From the IMG/VR virus record IMGVR_UViG_3300040759_000032, positions 68,428-132,427 of that record: a DNA stretch of 64,000 bases. One strand, written 5' to 3'. A model generated the notes under the pieces. That model did no database searches and was not told where the DNA came from. It worked only from the letters and a program-made list of their open reading frames with translations. Position numbers and translations under genes: made by a program. The DNA is from a virus. This document shows positions 17,582 through 27,006 of this stretch, piece by piece; within the stretch, counting starts at the first letter, position 1, and each line of letters opens with the position of its first letter.

Positions 17582-18064
17582 ATGGAGAAGGACCAGCAGG
17601 CTTACGACCTGTTCCGCCGGGGCCTGTCGTACCGGCAGATCGCCTCGCAGCTGGACTGGAAGTCGCAGAAGTCCGCGTTCGAGGCCGTGCGCCGAGCCGC
17701 CCGCGACAACGCCGCCGACCCCCTCGAGCAGGCGGAGGCACGGCAGGCGTTCTACGACCGGCTGCAGGACTACCGGCGGGCCGCCCAGCGGGTCCTGTCG
17801 ACGCGGCACTACGTCACGACCCAGACGGGGAACCTCGCGCACGGACCGGACGGGAGCCCGCTCCTCGACGACGACCCGGTGCTGCGGGCGCTGGACCGGC
17901 TCGTGAAGATCGACGACATGGAACTGCGGCTGCGGGACCTGTACCCGGCGGCGAAGTCCCGCGTCGAGGTGATCACTGAGGACGTGGTCGACGCGGAGAT
18001 GGCGATGCTGGCCAGGCAGGTGGCGGAGAACGATGCCCGCGCCGCTGATTCTGGCGCCGCCTGA
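17582..18064 (+). CDS. terS: Terminase small subunit (HTH)
   Basis: GLSYRQIASQLDW HTH; directly precedes and overlaps TerL. Confidence 0.75.
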   Translation: MEKDQQAYDLFRRGLSYRQIASQLDWKSQKSAFEAVRRAARDNAADPLEQAEARQAFYDRLQDYRRAAQRVLSTRHYVTTQTGNLAHGPDGSPLLDDDPVLRALDRLVKIDDMELRLRDLYPAAKSRVEVITEDVVDAEMAMLARQVAENDARAADSGAA

Positions 18065-21000
18065 GAAGATCCGGCGTCTGGCCGAGCTCCGGGCGAGGCT
18101 CCGCGAGCAGGAGGCCGAGCGGCGCAAGACCGAGGGCCCGCGGTGGGCGACGCCCGGCGAGCTCGCCAGGGCGATCGACCCGGCGACGGTGCAGACGCCC
18201 GCGCTTGACCTGATCGACGAGGCGCTCGTGTGGGCGTACTCGACGCCCGGCGCGCGGCTCGCGGTGTCCATCGCACCTCAGGAAGGCAAGTCACAGAGAG
18301 TAACCAGAGTTGGCTCTCTGTGGGCGCTATCGCAGGATCCCGAGACGCGGATCGGCATCGCCTCCTACGCTCAGTCCCTCGCCGAGGGGTTCGGCCGCGA
18401 CATCAGGAACATGATCGCGTCCAACAACGGCGACGAGGGCACGCTGGACATCGGGCTGCGCATCGCGGGCGACTACGGGTCGGCGCGGCGCTGGCAGCTC
18501 GACGGGCACCGCGGCGGCGTTGTCTGCGTCGGAATCGGCTCCGGTCTAACCGGCCGCCCGCTGGACTGCATAGCGGGCGATTCCGGTATTATTACCCCTG
18601 ATGGGGTGGTGTGCGCCGCCGACCTGGTAAAGGCGGAAACGCTCCCTCTCGTCCTGTCGTGGAACCACGGCAGCAGGCGTGCGGAGTGGCGGCAGGTCGA
18701 GGCCACGCGCACGATCCCCGGAAGAGAGATCGTTGAAGTCCGCACCGCCGCAGGCCGCGTCATCCGCTGCACTCCCGACCACCGCGTCTACGTCGCCGGA
18801 CGCGGCTACGTTCCCGCCGCTGACCTGCGCGCCGGAGACCGTCTCGTCACTTCCGGCGCGAGTCCCGATCCTGTGCGGCGGATGCGGGACGGTCTTCACG
18901 AGGTTCCGGTCGGCCCTGAGGAACAACAAGCCGGGCACGCCCCTCTACTGCACGAAGGCGTGCCAGAACGCGTCGGCCAAGGTGGCGCTCACCTGCGAAG
19001 GCTGCGGCGGCGGCTACACGCGGATGCGATGCGAAGTGGACAAGGCCGCCAGGAACGGGTTCACGCGCTCGTTCTGCTCCAAGGCGTGCTTCCTGGGAAC
19101 CCAGAGCGCCGAGTTCGCCGCGAAGAGGCCGTGCCTGACGTGCGGCAAGCCGAGGCCTCGCAAAGAAGACCGCTCCGACACGCGGTTCTGCTCCGACGAG
19201 TGCCGCCGGCAGTTCTTCACGGCGTCCGCGGACTGCGCCCACTGCGGCGCCTCATTCGAGATGCCGCGCTACGAGCTGGCGAAGAGGCGCAGGCGCGGCG
19301 GGAACGTGTACTGCTCCCAGCCGTGCGCCCGCGCCGGCATCGCGGTGACGCTCACGAAGGCCACGTGCCAGGGATGCGGCGCGAAGATGCCGCAGCCGTG
19401 GAACGGCCGACGGTACTGCTCGGACGAGTGCCGCGCAGCGCACGGGGCGGTAACCCGGACGCTCCCGGACCAGGTGTGCACGTCGTGCGGCGTGGTCTTC
19501 CGGCCGAAGACCGGCCGGACGGGATACTGCTCCCGCGAGTGCGCCGACTCCGCGCACTCCGCCCGGATGACCGGCCCCGGGAACTCCCACTTCGTGGACG
19601 GCACCAGCTACGCGGACTGGTTCCGCAAGATGCGCCCGCTGATCATCGAGCGGGACGGCGGAGTCTGCGCCGCCTGCAAGACCTGCCCGCCGCCGACGAG
19701 GTACAAGCGCAACGGGGTCCCGGCCGAGAGAAGCTCGCTGCTCGTGCACCACATCAACGAGACGCCGGCGGACAACAGGCCGCAGAACCTGATAACGCTC
19801 TGCAAGACCTGCCACATGATCCACCACAAGTCGAAGGCGACGCCGTTTCCGTGGTTCGCCGCATACGCGGCGAGCGCCACACGGTGTATGACCTCCAAGT
19901 GGAAGGCAACCGCAACTTCTTTGCAGACCAGGTACTCGTCCACAACTGCCTGATCATCGATGACCCGTTCGCGGACGCCGAGCAGGCGGGAAGCGCCTAC
20001 TACCGCGACCGCGTGTGGGACTGGTGGAGGTCAGTCGGGGCGCCCCGCCTCGCTCCCGCCGCCCCCGCGATCCTGATCAACACCCGCTGGCACGAGGACG
20101 ACCTCACAGGCCGGATGCTCGCCGCCGAGGACGGCCACCGCTGGCGCGCGATCAACATCCCGGCCCTCGCCGACCACAAGCCGGAGCTCGGCCAGTCCGA
20201 CCCGCTCGGCCGGGAGCCCGGCGAATGGCTGACCTCCGCCCGGGGCCGCACGCCGGCCCAGTGGGAGCAGATCCGGATCCAGGCCGGGTCGCGTGTCTTC
20301 GCCAGCCTGTACCAGGGCAGGCCGTCCCCGGACCAGGGGAACGTCTGGCAGCGGCAGTGGTGGCGCCGCTACCAGGAGCCGCTGTGGTCGCAGCACCCCA
20401 CGACGCCGGAAGCGTGGCTCGTCCACGACGCCGACGAGGTCCTCATCTCGGTTGACTGCGCGTTCAAGGACACGAAATCATCCGACTTCGTCGTCATGCA
20501 GACGTGGGCGCGGCGCGGCGCGATGGCGTACCTCGTCGACCAGGTACGCAAGCGCCTCTCGTTCACCGACACCGTGACGGCGCTCCTCGCGCTGATCGCC
20601 AAGTGGCCGCAGGCGTCCCGGAAGCTCATCGAGGACAAGGCCAACGGCACCGCGGTCATAAGCTCGCTGAAGTCCAAGGTCCCCGGCCTGGTGCCCGTCA
20701 ACCCGACGGACTCCAAGTACGGGCGGGCGACAGCGGTCGCGCCGTTCATCGAGTCGGGGAACGTGCTGCTGCCCGCGGCGGGCGTGGGCCTGTTCGACCC
20801 CTCGGAGCTGATCGAGGAAGCGGCCGGGTTCCCGAACGCAGCGCACGACGACCAGGTCGACACCACGTCGCAGGCTCTCGCGGAGATGTTCTTGGACGGG
20901 AACGGCGCCGCAGCTTGGATCGCGTGGGCGAAGCGCAAGGCCGAGGCCGTCGCGACGGGGCACGTTGCCGAGTCGCAGTCGGCCCCGAAAGCCCCCGCCG

Positions 21001-21104
21001 TGCCGGAGGCCGCCCCGGACCCCGAGCCCCCTCCCGCCCCCCTCGATCCTGCTGCGGCGCTGAGGGCGGCCAGGACCGCGATGTTCCGCCAGCAGGGCCG
21101 CTAG
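18033..21104 (+). CDS. terL: Terminase large subunit precursor containing an intein
   Basis: Walker A APQEGKS, GRPLD|intein|CLIIDDP Walker B, TRWHEDDL, SVDCAFK, IEDKANG, HDDQVD. Confidence 0.93.
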   Translation: MPAPLILAPPEKIRRLAELRARLREQEAERRKTEGPRWATPGELARAIDPATVQTPALDLIDEALVWAYSTPGARLAVSIAPQEGKSQRVTRVGSLWALSQDPETRIGIASYAQSLAEGFGRDIRNMIASNNGDEGTLDIGLRIAGDYGSARRWQLDGHRGGVVCVGIGSGLTGRPLDCIAGDSGIITPDGVVCAADLVKAETLPLVLSWNHGSRRAEWRQVEATRTIPGREIVEVRTAAGRVIRCTPDHRVYVAGRGYVPAADLRAGDRLVTSGASPDPVRRMRDGLHEVPVGPEEQQAGHAPLLHEGVPERVGQGGAHLRRLRRRLHADAMRSGQGRQERVHALVLLQGVLPGNPERRVRREEAVPDVRQAEASQRRPLRHAVLLRRVPPAVLHGVRGLRPLRRLIRDAALRAGEEAQARRERVLLPAVRPRRHRGDAHEGHVPGMRREDAAAVERPTVLLGRVPRSARGGNPDAPGPGVHVVRRGLPAEDRPDGILLPRVRRLRALRPDDRPRELPLRGRHQLRGLVPQDAPADHRAGRRSLRRLQDLPAADEVQAQRGPGREKLAARAPHQRDAGGQQAAEPDNALQDLPHDPPQVEGDAVSVVRRIRGERHTVYDLQVEGNRNFFADQVLVHNCLIIDDPFADAEQAGSAYYRDRVWDWWRSVGAPRLAPAAPAILINTRWHEDDLTGRMLAAEDGHRWRAINIPALADHKPELGQSDPLGREPGEWLTSARGRTPAQWEQIRIQAGSRVFASLYQGRPSPDQGNVWQRQWWRRYQEPLWSQHPTTPEAWLVHDADEVLISVDCAFKDTKSSDFVVMQTWARRGAMAYLVDQVRKRLSFTDTVTALLALIAKWPQASRKLIEDKANGTAVISSLKSKVPGLVPVNPTDSKYGRATAVAPFIESGNVLLPAAGVGLFDPSELIEEAAGFPNAAHDDQVDTTSQALAEMFLDGNGAAAWIAWAKRKAEAVATGHVAESQSAPKAPAVPEAAPDPEPPPAPLDPAAALRAARTAMFRQQGR
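18567..19946 (+). mobile_element. Intein (460 aa) in TerL
   Basis: Block A CIAGDS, block B CTPDHRV, block F VYDLQVEGNRNFFA, C-terminal HN followed by Cys+1. Confidence 0.92.
18679..19953 (+). CDS. Zinc-finger-repeat HNH endonuclease in the +1 frame inside the TerL intein (start uncertain)
   Basis: Six CxxCG...[YF]C[ST]xxC repeats, GPGNSHF, RDGGVCAAC...VHHINETPADNRPQNLITLCKTCHMIHH; GC3-rich codons in this frame. Confidence 0.85.
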   Translation: MRSGGRSRPRARSPEERSLKSAPPQAASSAALPTTASTSPDAATFPPLTCAPETVSSLPARVPILCGGCGTVFTRFRSALRNNKPGTPLYCTKACQNASAKVALTCEGCGGGYTRMRCEVDKAARNGFTRSFCSKACFLGTQSAEFAAKRPCLTCGKPRPRKEDRSDTRFCSDECRRQFFTASADCAHCGASFEMPRYELAKRRRRGGNVYCSQPCARAGIAVTLTKATCQGCGAKMPQPWNGRRYCSDECRAAHGAVTRTLPDQVCTSCGVVFRPKTGRTGYCSRECADSAHSARMTGPGNSHFVDGTSYADWFRKMRPLIIERDGGVCAACKTCPPPTRYKRNGVPAERSSLLVHHINETPADNRPQNLITLCKTCHMIHHKSKATPFPWFAAYAASATRCMTSKWKATATSLQTRYSSTTA

Positions 21105-21119
21105 CTGACAGGAGTCCGC

Positions 21120-21380
21120 GTGGCCGACGAGCAGCCGCCCGTTTTCGAGACGGACGGCCAGTGGCCGTTTTCCGGGACCGTGAAGGTGAACGGGCACCCG
21201 CTCGCGTCCGTCTCTTCCTGGTCCGTCTCCGCCGCCTCCGACGGAGTCCCGGTCGTCACGCTCGGCCTCGTCGACCAGGGGGCGCTGAGGCTGCTCCTCG
21301 GGCCCGGCGCCCGGGTGCAGGTTTCCGACGCGACCCGTGACGCCCTCATCTCCCTCGGCTGGACCCCTCCGGCAGGCTGA
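21120..21380 (+). CDS. Hypothetical protein
   Basis: AGGAG RBS, GTG start. Confidence 0.6.
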   Translation: MADEQPPVFETDGQWPFSGTVKVNGHPLASVSSWSVSAASDGVPVVTLGLVDQGALRLLLGPGARVQVSDATRDALISLGWTPPAG

Positions 21381-21435
21381 CGGCCGCGAACGGCACCAAG
21401 AACGGCCGCCGAGCGGCGCGCGGGGAGGGCACCGC

Positions 21436-24400
21436 ATGAGCGTCCGATCCCGAGCCGCCGTCCTCGACGCCCCGGCCGTCCAGGTCGCAAAGGTGTTCGG
21501 TCCGGGGGTCCCGCCGGCGATCCGGGCGGCCGAGGCCGAGGCGCAGATGACGCCGACGTCCCCGTTCGGCCCCGGCACGCCGATCGGCCCGTACGACGGG
21601 TACTCGCGGCAGCCGCGCAGCCAGAACTTCGTGACCGGGGTCAACATCTCGACCCGGCCGCGGACCCACGAGCGCGTCAGCTTCGAGACGCTCGTGGGAT
21701 TGATAAACGCCTACGACATCGCCCAGATAGCCATCTGGCATCGCATCGACTCCATTAGGTCGCTCGACTGGCGCCTCATTCCGGCCGCGCATTTCCAGGG
21801 CGACGCGACTGACGCCATCCGCATCGGGACTAAGGCGCTCAAGAAGCCGGACCGGATCAACTCGTTCAGCTCATGGCTGGCGAAATGGCTATTCGACGTC
21901 CTCGCCTATGACGCGGGAGCGCTTTACCGGCTGCGGAACCGGGCCGGGCGCTGTATTGGGCTTCTCCCGGTTGACGGCACGACGATCGCGCCGATGCTCG
22001 ATTACTGGGGCAATCCGCCTGGCGCGATGGCCGCCCCCGGCGAGGAACTGCCCGAGGCGTTCGTCCAGTACGTCAACGGGCTGCCGTGGAACTGGCTGAC
22101 GCTCGCCGATCTGGTCTACCAGCCGTTCCGGCCGCGCACCAACTCCCCGTACGGCCATGCGCCGCTTGAGTCGATAATCCTCAACGCGAACACCGATATT
22201 CGCTTCCAGCTCTTTTTCCTTCAGCGTTTTACTGAAGGAAACATTCCGGAGGCGTTCGCCGCCGCCCCGGAAACATGGTCCCCCGATCAGATAGAGCAGT
22301 TCCAGGAATACTGGGACGGCTTCATGTACGGCGACCAGTCGCGGAAGCACCAGATTCGGTGGATGCCCGGCGGCTCGAAATTCGCGTGGTCCAACGAGAA
22401 GGACTTCAGCGACACCTTCTCGCTGTTCCTGATGCGGAAGACGCTCGCCGCGTATCACACAGTCCCGGCCGACGTCGGATTCACCGAAAACGTGAACAAA
22501 TCGTCCGGCGAAAGCCAGGCTGACGTGCAGCACCGCGTCGGCGAGCTCCCTCTCGACGCCTATGTCGAGGCGATCCTGACGGACTTCCTCCAAGACGACC
22601 TGGGCCTGCCGGTCGAGTTCGAGTTCGACAAGGGCGAGGAGCAGGACGACCGCCTCGCCGTCGCGCAAGCGCACGAGATCTACATCCGCAACGCCGTGAT
22701 CGGGGCGTCCGAAGTCCGCGAGGAGGTCTTCGGCCTCCCCGAGCCGGACGGCCAGGTCGTGCCCCGCGGGTTCTTCACCGAGCGTTCCGGGCTCATCCCG
22801 CTCAACTCGGTGCTCGCCGTCGCAGGGCCGATCGACCCCGCCACGGCCGCCCCGGAACCGGGGTCGCCCCTGCCGCACATGGTGTTCGGCGGCGTCGAGG
22901 GCGTGCTCCCCAACCCGCCGATCAAGGTCCCGAGCCTCGCCGAGCAGGAGTACGGGCCGTCGGCGATGCCGCCCGCCCCGCCGCCGCAGCCGAAGATGAC
23001 CGACGCCGACGCGACCCCGGAACTGACTGCGGGCGCGGTCGCCAAGGAAGGCGAGGGCGCGGGCGGGAACGTCACGGCGGGCATCACCGCGGCGACGGGC
23101 CTGTACTCCTACGACCTCGACGGCAGGGGCGGCGACGAGGACGAGGATGACGGCCCGGTCGGCCAGGCGGTGATCGCGAAGGAGATGCAGGCGTTCCGCC
23201 GGTACTCAAGGGCGCGCAGGCGCTCGGGAGAGTGGCGGGACTTCGAGTTCCGGGCGGTCGCCAAGGTCGCCGGCCACAACCTGAACGACTCCGGCCGCCT
23301 CGCTGTCCGCAAGGACGCCGGGCAGGTGGCTGTCGCAGGGCTGGCTGTTCTCGCCGCGGACACAGGCCGCGTGCTGATGATCCAGCGGGCGCTTGACGAC
23401 AGCGACCCTGCGGCCGGTACCTGGGAAGTGCCAGGCGGCCATCTGGAAGGCGCGGAGACGCCCCTCCATGGTGCGTGGCGCGAGTGGTCAGAGGAGTGCG
23501 GCGTAGCACCCCCGCCGGGCACTCAGACAGGCTCGTGGGCATCTCCGGACGGGATCTACCAGGGCATCGTGTGGACGGTCGACAGCGAGGCTCTCGTCCC
23601 GGTTCGCTCGGACACGCAGATCAGCAACCCCGATGACCCCGACGGCGACTCAATCGAGGCAATCGCCTGGTGGGACCCGGAGACGCTGCCGGGCAACCCG
23701 GCGGTGCGCCCCGAGCTGCTCGCGAACATCGATGACGTGATGGCCGCCCTCGGCTACGGCGTGACGGACGACGCCGAGGCGGAAGAGGTGGCCAAGGCGG
23801 CCGGTGGTTCAGGCCCAAAAGGGCCCGCCTGGCACGGGTGGACGCTCGACCGGAAGACGGCCGCGCACTGGGCCCCGAGGGTCCGCGACTCGGTTAAGGC
23901 GGCGGTCCCGAAGGCGAAGGCCCGCGACATGGGCCGTGACTACCTCGCTGATCACCCCGAGCAGGACGGGTCCGCCCCGGGCAAGCGGGACCGGAACAAG
24001 GCCGCCGCGGCGTGGGTCCTCGCCTGGCTGGCCAGCCACGGCATCACCCTCGTCCCGTCGTCGACGGCTGAGGCGATCGCGGTCGACGGGTACGCGATAG
24101 GCGCGGTCTCCGCTCAGCATCAGGTCACCGGGCAGCCGCCGGGGAAGACCGCTCCGGGCGGCCGGGACTCCGCCTTCGACCGGGTCGGGGAGGCCGGGCT
24201 GGCCGCCGAGCTCGCCCTGCTGCTGCGCGGAGGGAACGGCGCCGAGGCCGCCGCCGAGATCGTCGCTGAGGCGATCGCCGGCGGGTACGCGAACGCGCTG
24301 GCGATCATCCTCGCCGGGACGGACGCGGACTGGGCGGACAGCCAGGACACCCTCGACGAGCTCGGGGACCTGCTGTCAGACGCGCTCGCCGACGAGGACA

Positions 24401-24648
24401 CCGCCGTGACGCTCGTCGGGACGCAGATCAACATCTACACCGGGCTGTCAGCGCACGACTACTACATGCAGAACAGCGTGACCCTGGTGAACTGGGTCAC
24501 CGACCCGTCGAAGTCCGGCGTCTGCCCGGTCTGCGTGGCGAACGAGGCGGCAAGCCCGCAGACGAACGGGCAGCCCTGGCCCAGCGGGGACGTCTCGCCG
24601 CCAGCGCACCCGAACTGCCGGTGCCAGTTGCTTCCGGCGTGGCTCTAG
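21436..24648 (+). CDS. Portal protein fused to Nudix hydrolase and C-terminal MuF-like domain
   Basis: Portal motifs (LLPVDGTTI, PYGHAPLE), Nudix box GGHLEGAETPLHGAWREWSEECG, MuF end CPVC...PPAHPNCRC. Confidence 0.85.
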   Translation: MSVRSRAAVLDAPAVQVAKVFGPGVPPAIRAAEAEAQMTPTSPFGPGTPIGPYDGYSRQPRSQNFVTGVNISTRPRTHERVSFETLVGLINAYDIAQIAIWHRIDSIRSLDWRLIPAAHFQGDATDAIRIGTKALKKPDRINSFSSWLAKWLFDVLAYDAGALYRLRNRAGRCIGLLPVDGTTIAPMLDYWGNPPGAMAAPGEELPEAFVQYVNGLPWNWLTLADLVYQPFRPRTNSPYGHAPLESIILNANTDIRFQLFFLQRFTEGNIPEAFAAAPETWSPDQIEQFQEYWDGFMYGDQSRKHQIRWMPGGSKFAWSNEKDFSDTFSLFLMRKTLAAYHTVPADVGFTENVNKSSGESQADVQHRVGELPLDAYVEAILTDFLQDDLGLPVEFEFDKGEEQDDRLAVAQAHEIYIRNAVIGASEVREEVFGLPEPDGQVVPRGFFTERSGLIPLNSVLAVAGPIDPATAAPEPGSPLPHMVFGGVEGVLPNPPIKVPSLAEQEYGPSAMPPAPPPQPKMTDADATPELTAGAVAKEGEGAGGNVTAGITAATGLYSYDLDGRGGDEDEDDGPVGQAVIAKEMQAFRRYSRARRRSGEWRDFEFRAVAKVAGHNLNDSGRLAVRKDAGQVAVAGLAVLAADTGRVLMIQRALDDSDPAAGTWEVPGGHLEGAETPLHGAWREWSEECGVAPPPGTQTGSWASPDGIYQGIVWTVDSEALVPVRSDTQISNPDDPDGDSIEAIAWWDPETLPGNPAVRPELLANIDDVMAALGYGVTDDAEAEEVAKAAGGSGPKGPAWHGWTLDRKTAAHWAPRVRDSVKAAVPKAKARDMGRDYLADHPEQDGSAPGKRDRNKAAAAWVLAWLASHGITLVPSSTAEAIAVDGYAIGAVSAQHQVTGQPPGKTAPGGRDSAFDRVGEAGLAAELALLLRGGNGAEAAAEIVAEAIAGGYANALAIILAGTDADWADSQDTLDELGDLLSDALADEDTAVTLVGTQINIYTGLSAHDYYMQNSVTLVNWVTDPSKSGVCPVCVANEAASPQTNGQPWPSGDVSPPAHPNCRCQLLPAWL

Positions 24649-25169
24649 CCCATCCCGGCCAGCATCGACGGCGTGAGCGCCGTGCTGGCGATCAGGAGCT
24701 TCTGCCCGCCGGGCCGGTTCGGGATGTGCTCGGAGCACACTTCGGTGCCGCCGACCATGGTGACGGCTACGGTCAGGGGCGGCATTCCCTCCGCCCCGCC
24801 GAGCTGCAGCCGCTCGGGCAGGAACGGCGCGGGGTCGAGCTGGGCGAGGCGCGGGTCGCCGTCCGCGAGCTCGAGGCCGTGCGCCTGCGCGGCCTTCGCG
24901 AGCGCGATCTTGATGTCCCGCTCGTGGAGCATCTGCCAGCCCATCCGGGCGACGACGCACTGGGCGCACAGGTGCTGGCGGGTCTGGATAGGCACCTGCT
25001 GGAGAACCTGCTGCAGGACCCCGGCGATGGCCTGCGGGAGCTGCGGCAGCATCCCGGCTATCGCGGCGGCGGCCTGGGCGGTCTGCTGCGCGGGAGTCGG
25101 GGAGCCGTTCGCGGAGCCGTTGAATGCGGCGGGGGCGGCCGGGGGAAGTTCGGCGGGGCTGTCGGTCAT
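24645..25169 (-). CDS. Moron, hypothetical protein with CxxC...CxxH
   Basis: Leaderless: GATAAT 7 nt before ATG. Confidence 0.65.
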   Translation of the reverse strand: MTDSPAELPPAAPAAFNGSANGSPTPAQQTAQAAAAIAGMLPQLPQAIAGVLQQVLQQVPIQTRQHLCAQCVVARMGWQMLHERDIKIALAKAAQAHGLELADGDPRLAQLDPAPFLPERLQLGGAEGMPPLTVAVTMVGGTEVCSEHIPNRPGGQKLLIASTALTPSMLAGMG

Positions 25170-25207
25170 GGGTTTCATTATCGCGAACAGAGGCGAATGG
25201 GAGTGAC

Positions 25208-25489
25208 GTGGCTCTGACGCGGCTCTGCCCGTTCTGCCTGCTGCCCGCCGCGACGGAATGCATCTGCACTGACGTCGAGACCCGCGCCACCGTCCCCTCC
25301 TGCTGCGACCTTCATGGCCCGGCCTGCGAGCCCGGCGACCCTTGCTGCGCAGACTGCACCGAGGAGCACCACGGCGCGTGGATTGACGCCCGCGGCGTCC
25401 GCCGCACCGGGCACCCGCCCGGCGAGACGTGCTCAGCCCCGGACGCGCCCCCTCCGCCTGGCGTCGGCCCCGACTGGAGGCTCGCTTGA
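25208..25489 (+). CDS. Cys/His-rich small protein
   Basis: GGGAG RBS; many Cys. Confidence 0.5.
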   Translation: MALTRLCPFCLLPAATECICTDVETRATVPSCCDLHGPACEPGDPCCADCTEEHHGAWIDARGVRRTGHPPGETCSAPDAPPPPGVGPDWRLA

Positions 25490-25812
25490 GCGAGAACGAC
25501 GAGCCCGGCGACTACCGGGGCGTGATCATCATCGAGTGGCCTCCTCGCGGCCCGAGCCCGTACCACGCCATGGACGGCTGGCAGTCCCTGTTCCTCGACG
25601 CGGTGACCGGGAAGCCGATCATGACCGTGTCCGAGGCGGACGTCATCGTGCACACGGGCGCGGAGAGCCGCGTCACGGCCACCCTGACGATGTTCGCCGA
25701 CGAGGCGGGCGACCCCATCCTCGAAGGCCTGCCGGTCGTCAGAGACGGCGAGATCCTGACGGGGACGTTCCCGTTCGCCGTCAGCGAGATGCGGGTCCGG
25801 CCCAAGTCCTGA
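25486..25812 (+). CDS. Hypothetical protein
   Basis: TTGA overlap, GGAGG RBS. Confidence 0.6.
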   Translation: MSENDEPGDYRGVIIIEWPPRGPSPYHAMDGWQSLFLDAVTGKPIMTVSEADVIVHTGAESRVTATLTMFADEAGDPILEGLPVVRDGEILTGTFPFAVSEMRVRPKS

Positions 25813-25931
25813 CGGGCGGCCGGCGGCCAATTCCTTCCGGCCGCTTGCAACAGTGCGCCTGCTTCGGGTGTCAGGACATCACGGCACGGAAGGCGCATAG
25901 GCCGCCCGTCAGCCAGGAACGGTAGCGTGGG

Positions 25932-25967
25932 CGGACAACCTGACAACCCACCGGACAACCTGACAAC
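25932..25967. repeat. Nested direct repeat (CGGACAACCTGACAAC)x2
   Basis: Copies at 25932 and 25952; GACAAC four times. Confidence 0.8.
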
Positions 25968-25986
25968 GGAAGGCTGAGCGAATCTC

Positions 25987-26316
25987 GTGAAGATGGCCGA
26001 GTGGACCGGGCTGTGCGAGCGCGAGGCGGAGCGGGGCGGCGAGGTGATCGCCGTGACCCTCACCAGGGCCAGCATGCAGGAACTGGCCGGCGACGTCCTG
26101 CGCTCGGCGAGCCTCGGGGAGATCGACTTCACCGACCAGGACGGCAACCCGAGGCCAGGCCCCGATGTCGCGGCCTGCGGAGCCCGGATCGGGCAGATGT
26201 ACAACGTCGCCGCCGGTCGCAAGGAAGTCGACTTCACCCCTCTCGCGGACGCTGACACCATCACCGTGCGGGACGCGGACGGGCAGACTCGCGTGATCGC
26301 GCTCGCCGCCGCCTGA
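25987..26316 (+). CDS. Hypothetical protein
   Basis: GC3-rich ORF coupled to the next gene. Confidence 0.6.
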   Translation: MKMAEWTGLCEREAERGGEVIAVTLTRASMQELAGDVLRSASLGEIDFTDQDGNPRPGPDVAACGARIGQMYNVAAGRKEVDFTPLADADTITVRDADGQTRVIALAAA

Positions 26317-26678
26317 TGTGCTCCTGCCCCGGTGACTGCGAGGGCGCGCCGGAGTGCCTCGACGACGAGGGCGGCCCGCTCCTCGACCTGGACAAGCCCT
26401 GCCCGCACGAGGACTTCGAGGCCGACGTCGAGGTCAACCGGCTGACCGGCGACCCGGACGGCCCTGTGACCGCCTACTCGGCTGACATCCGCATCCGGTG
26501 CGCGCAGTGCGGCGAGCCGTTCCGGTGGATCGGCGTCCAGGCCGGGCTGAAACCGGACCGGCCGATGGTGTCGGTCGACGAGACGGAGCTTCACGCGCCC
26601 CTACGGCCTGCGTCGTCCGACCCTGATTTCGGGCTGGGGATACCAGGGTTCGCCGTGACCTGGACGGAAGCGCCGTGA
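26316..26678 (+). CDS. Zinc-ribbon hypothetical protein
   Basis: CPHEDF...CAQCGEPF. Confidence 0.65.
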   Translation: MCSCPGDCEGAPECLDDEGGPLLDLDKPCPHEDFEADVEVNRLTGDPDGPVTAYSADIRIRCAQCGEPFRWIGVQAGLKPDRPMVSVDETELHAPLRPASSDPDFGLGIPGFAVTWTEAP

Positions 26679-26929
26679 GCCGGGCCTACTGCTGCGAGGT
26701 CTGCGACACCGATGACCCGCACTGGGTGATCGAGCGCCACGGCGACGCGGTTGTCACCTGGGCGTGCGACACCGACCTGGCCGAGGTCTGCGAGCGGCTG
26801 CAACGCGGCGGCGAGGTCACCAAGCTGTCGGTCAGGGACGCCCGCAAGGCGCGCGAGTGGGCGGGCGTCACCCCGCTCAACGCTGTCTCCGACCCCTTCG
26901 CGGACAAGGCGGCGCAGAGGGGCGGCTAG
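26675..26929 (+). CDS. Small zinc-finger hypothetical protein
   Basis: CEVC...WAC; GTGA overlap. Confidence 0.6.
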   Translation: MSRAYCCEVCDTDDPHWVIERHGDAVVTWACDTDLAEVCERLQRGGEVTKLSVRDARKAREWAGVTPLNAVSDPFADKAAQRGG

Positions 26930-27006
26930 CGCGGCCACCGGAGGCCAGCCGGTGCGAGGGGCTGTCTGCAACGCTCGTTGCGGGCCTGCTCGCCGCGCGG
27001 TCAAGG

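Noticed and set aside
18850-19860. Group I intron carrying the HNH gene
   Set aside because: No intron core elements recognised and the TerL frame is uninterrupted, so RNA splicing is not required; not formally excluded without a covariance search.
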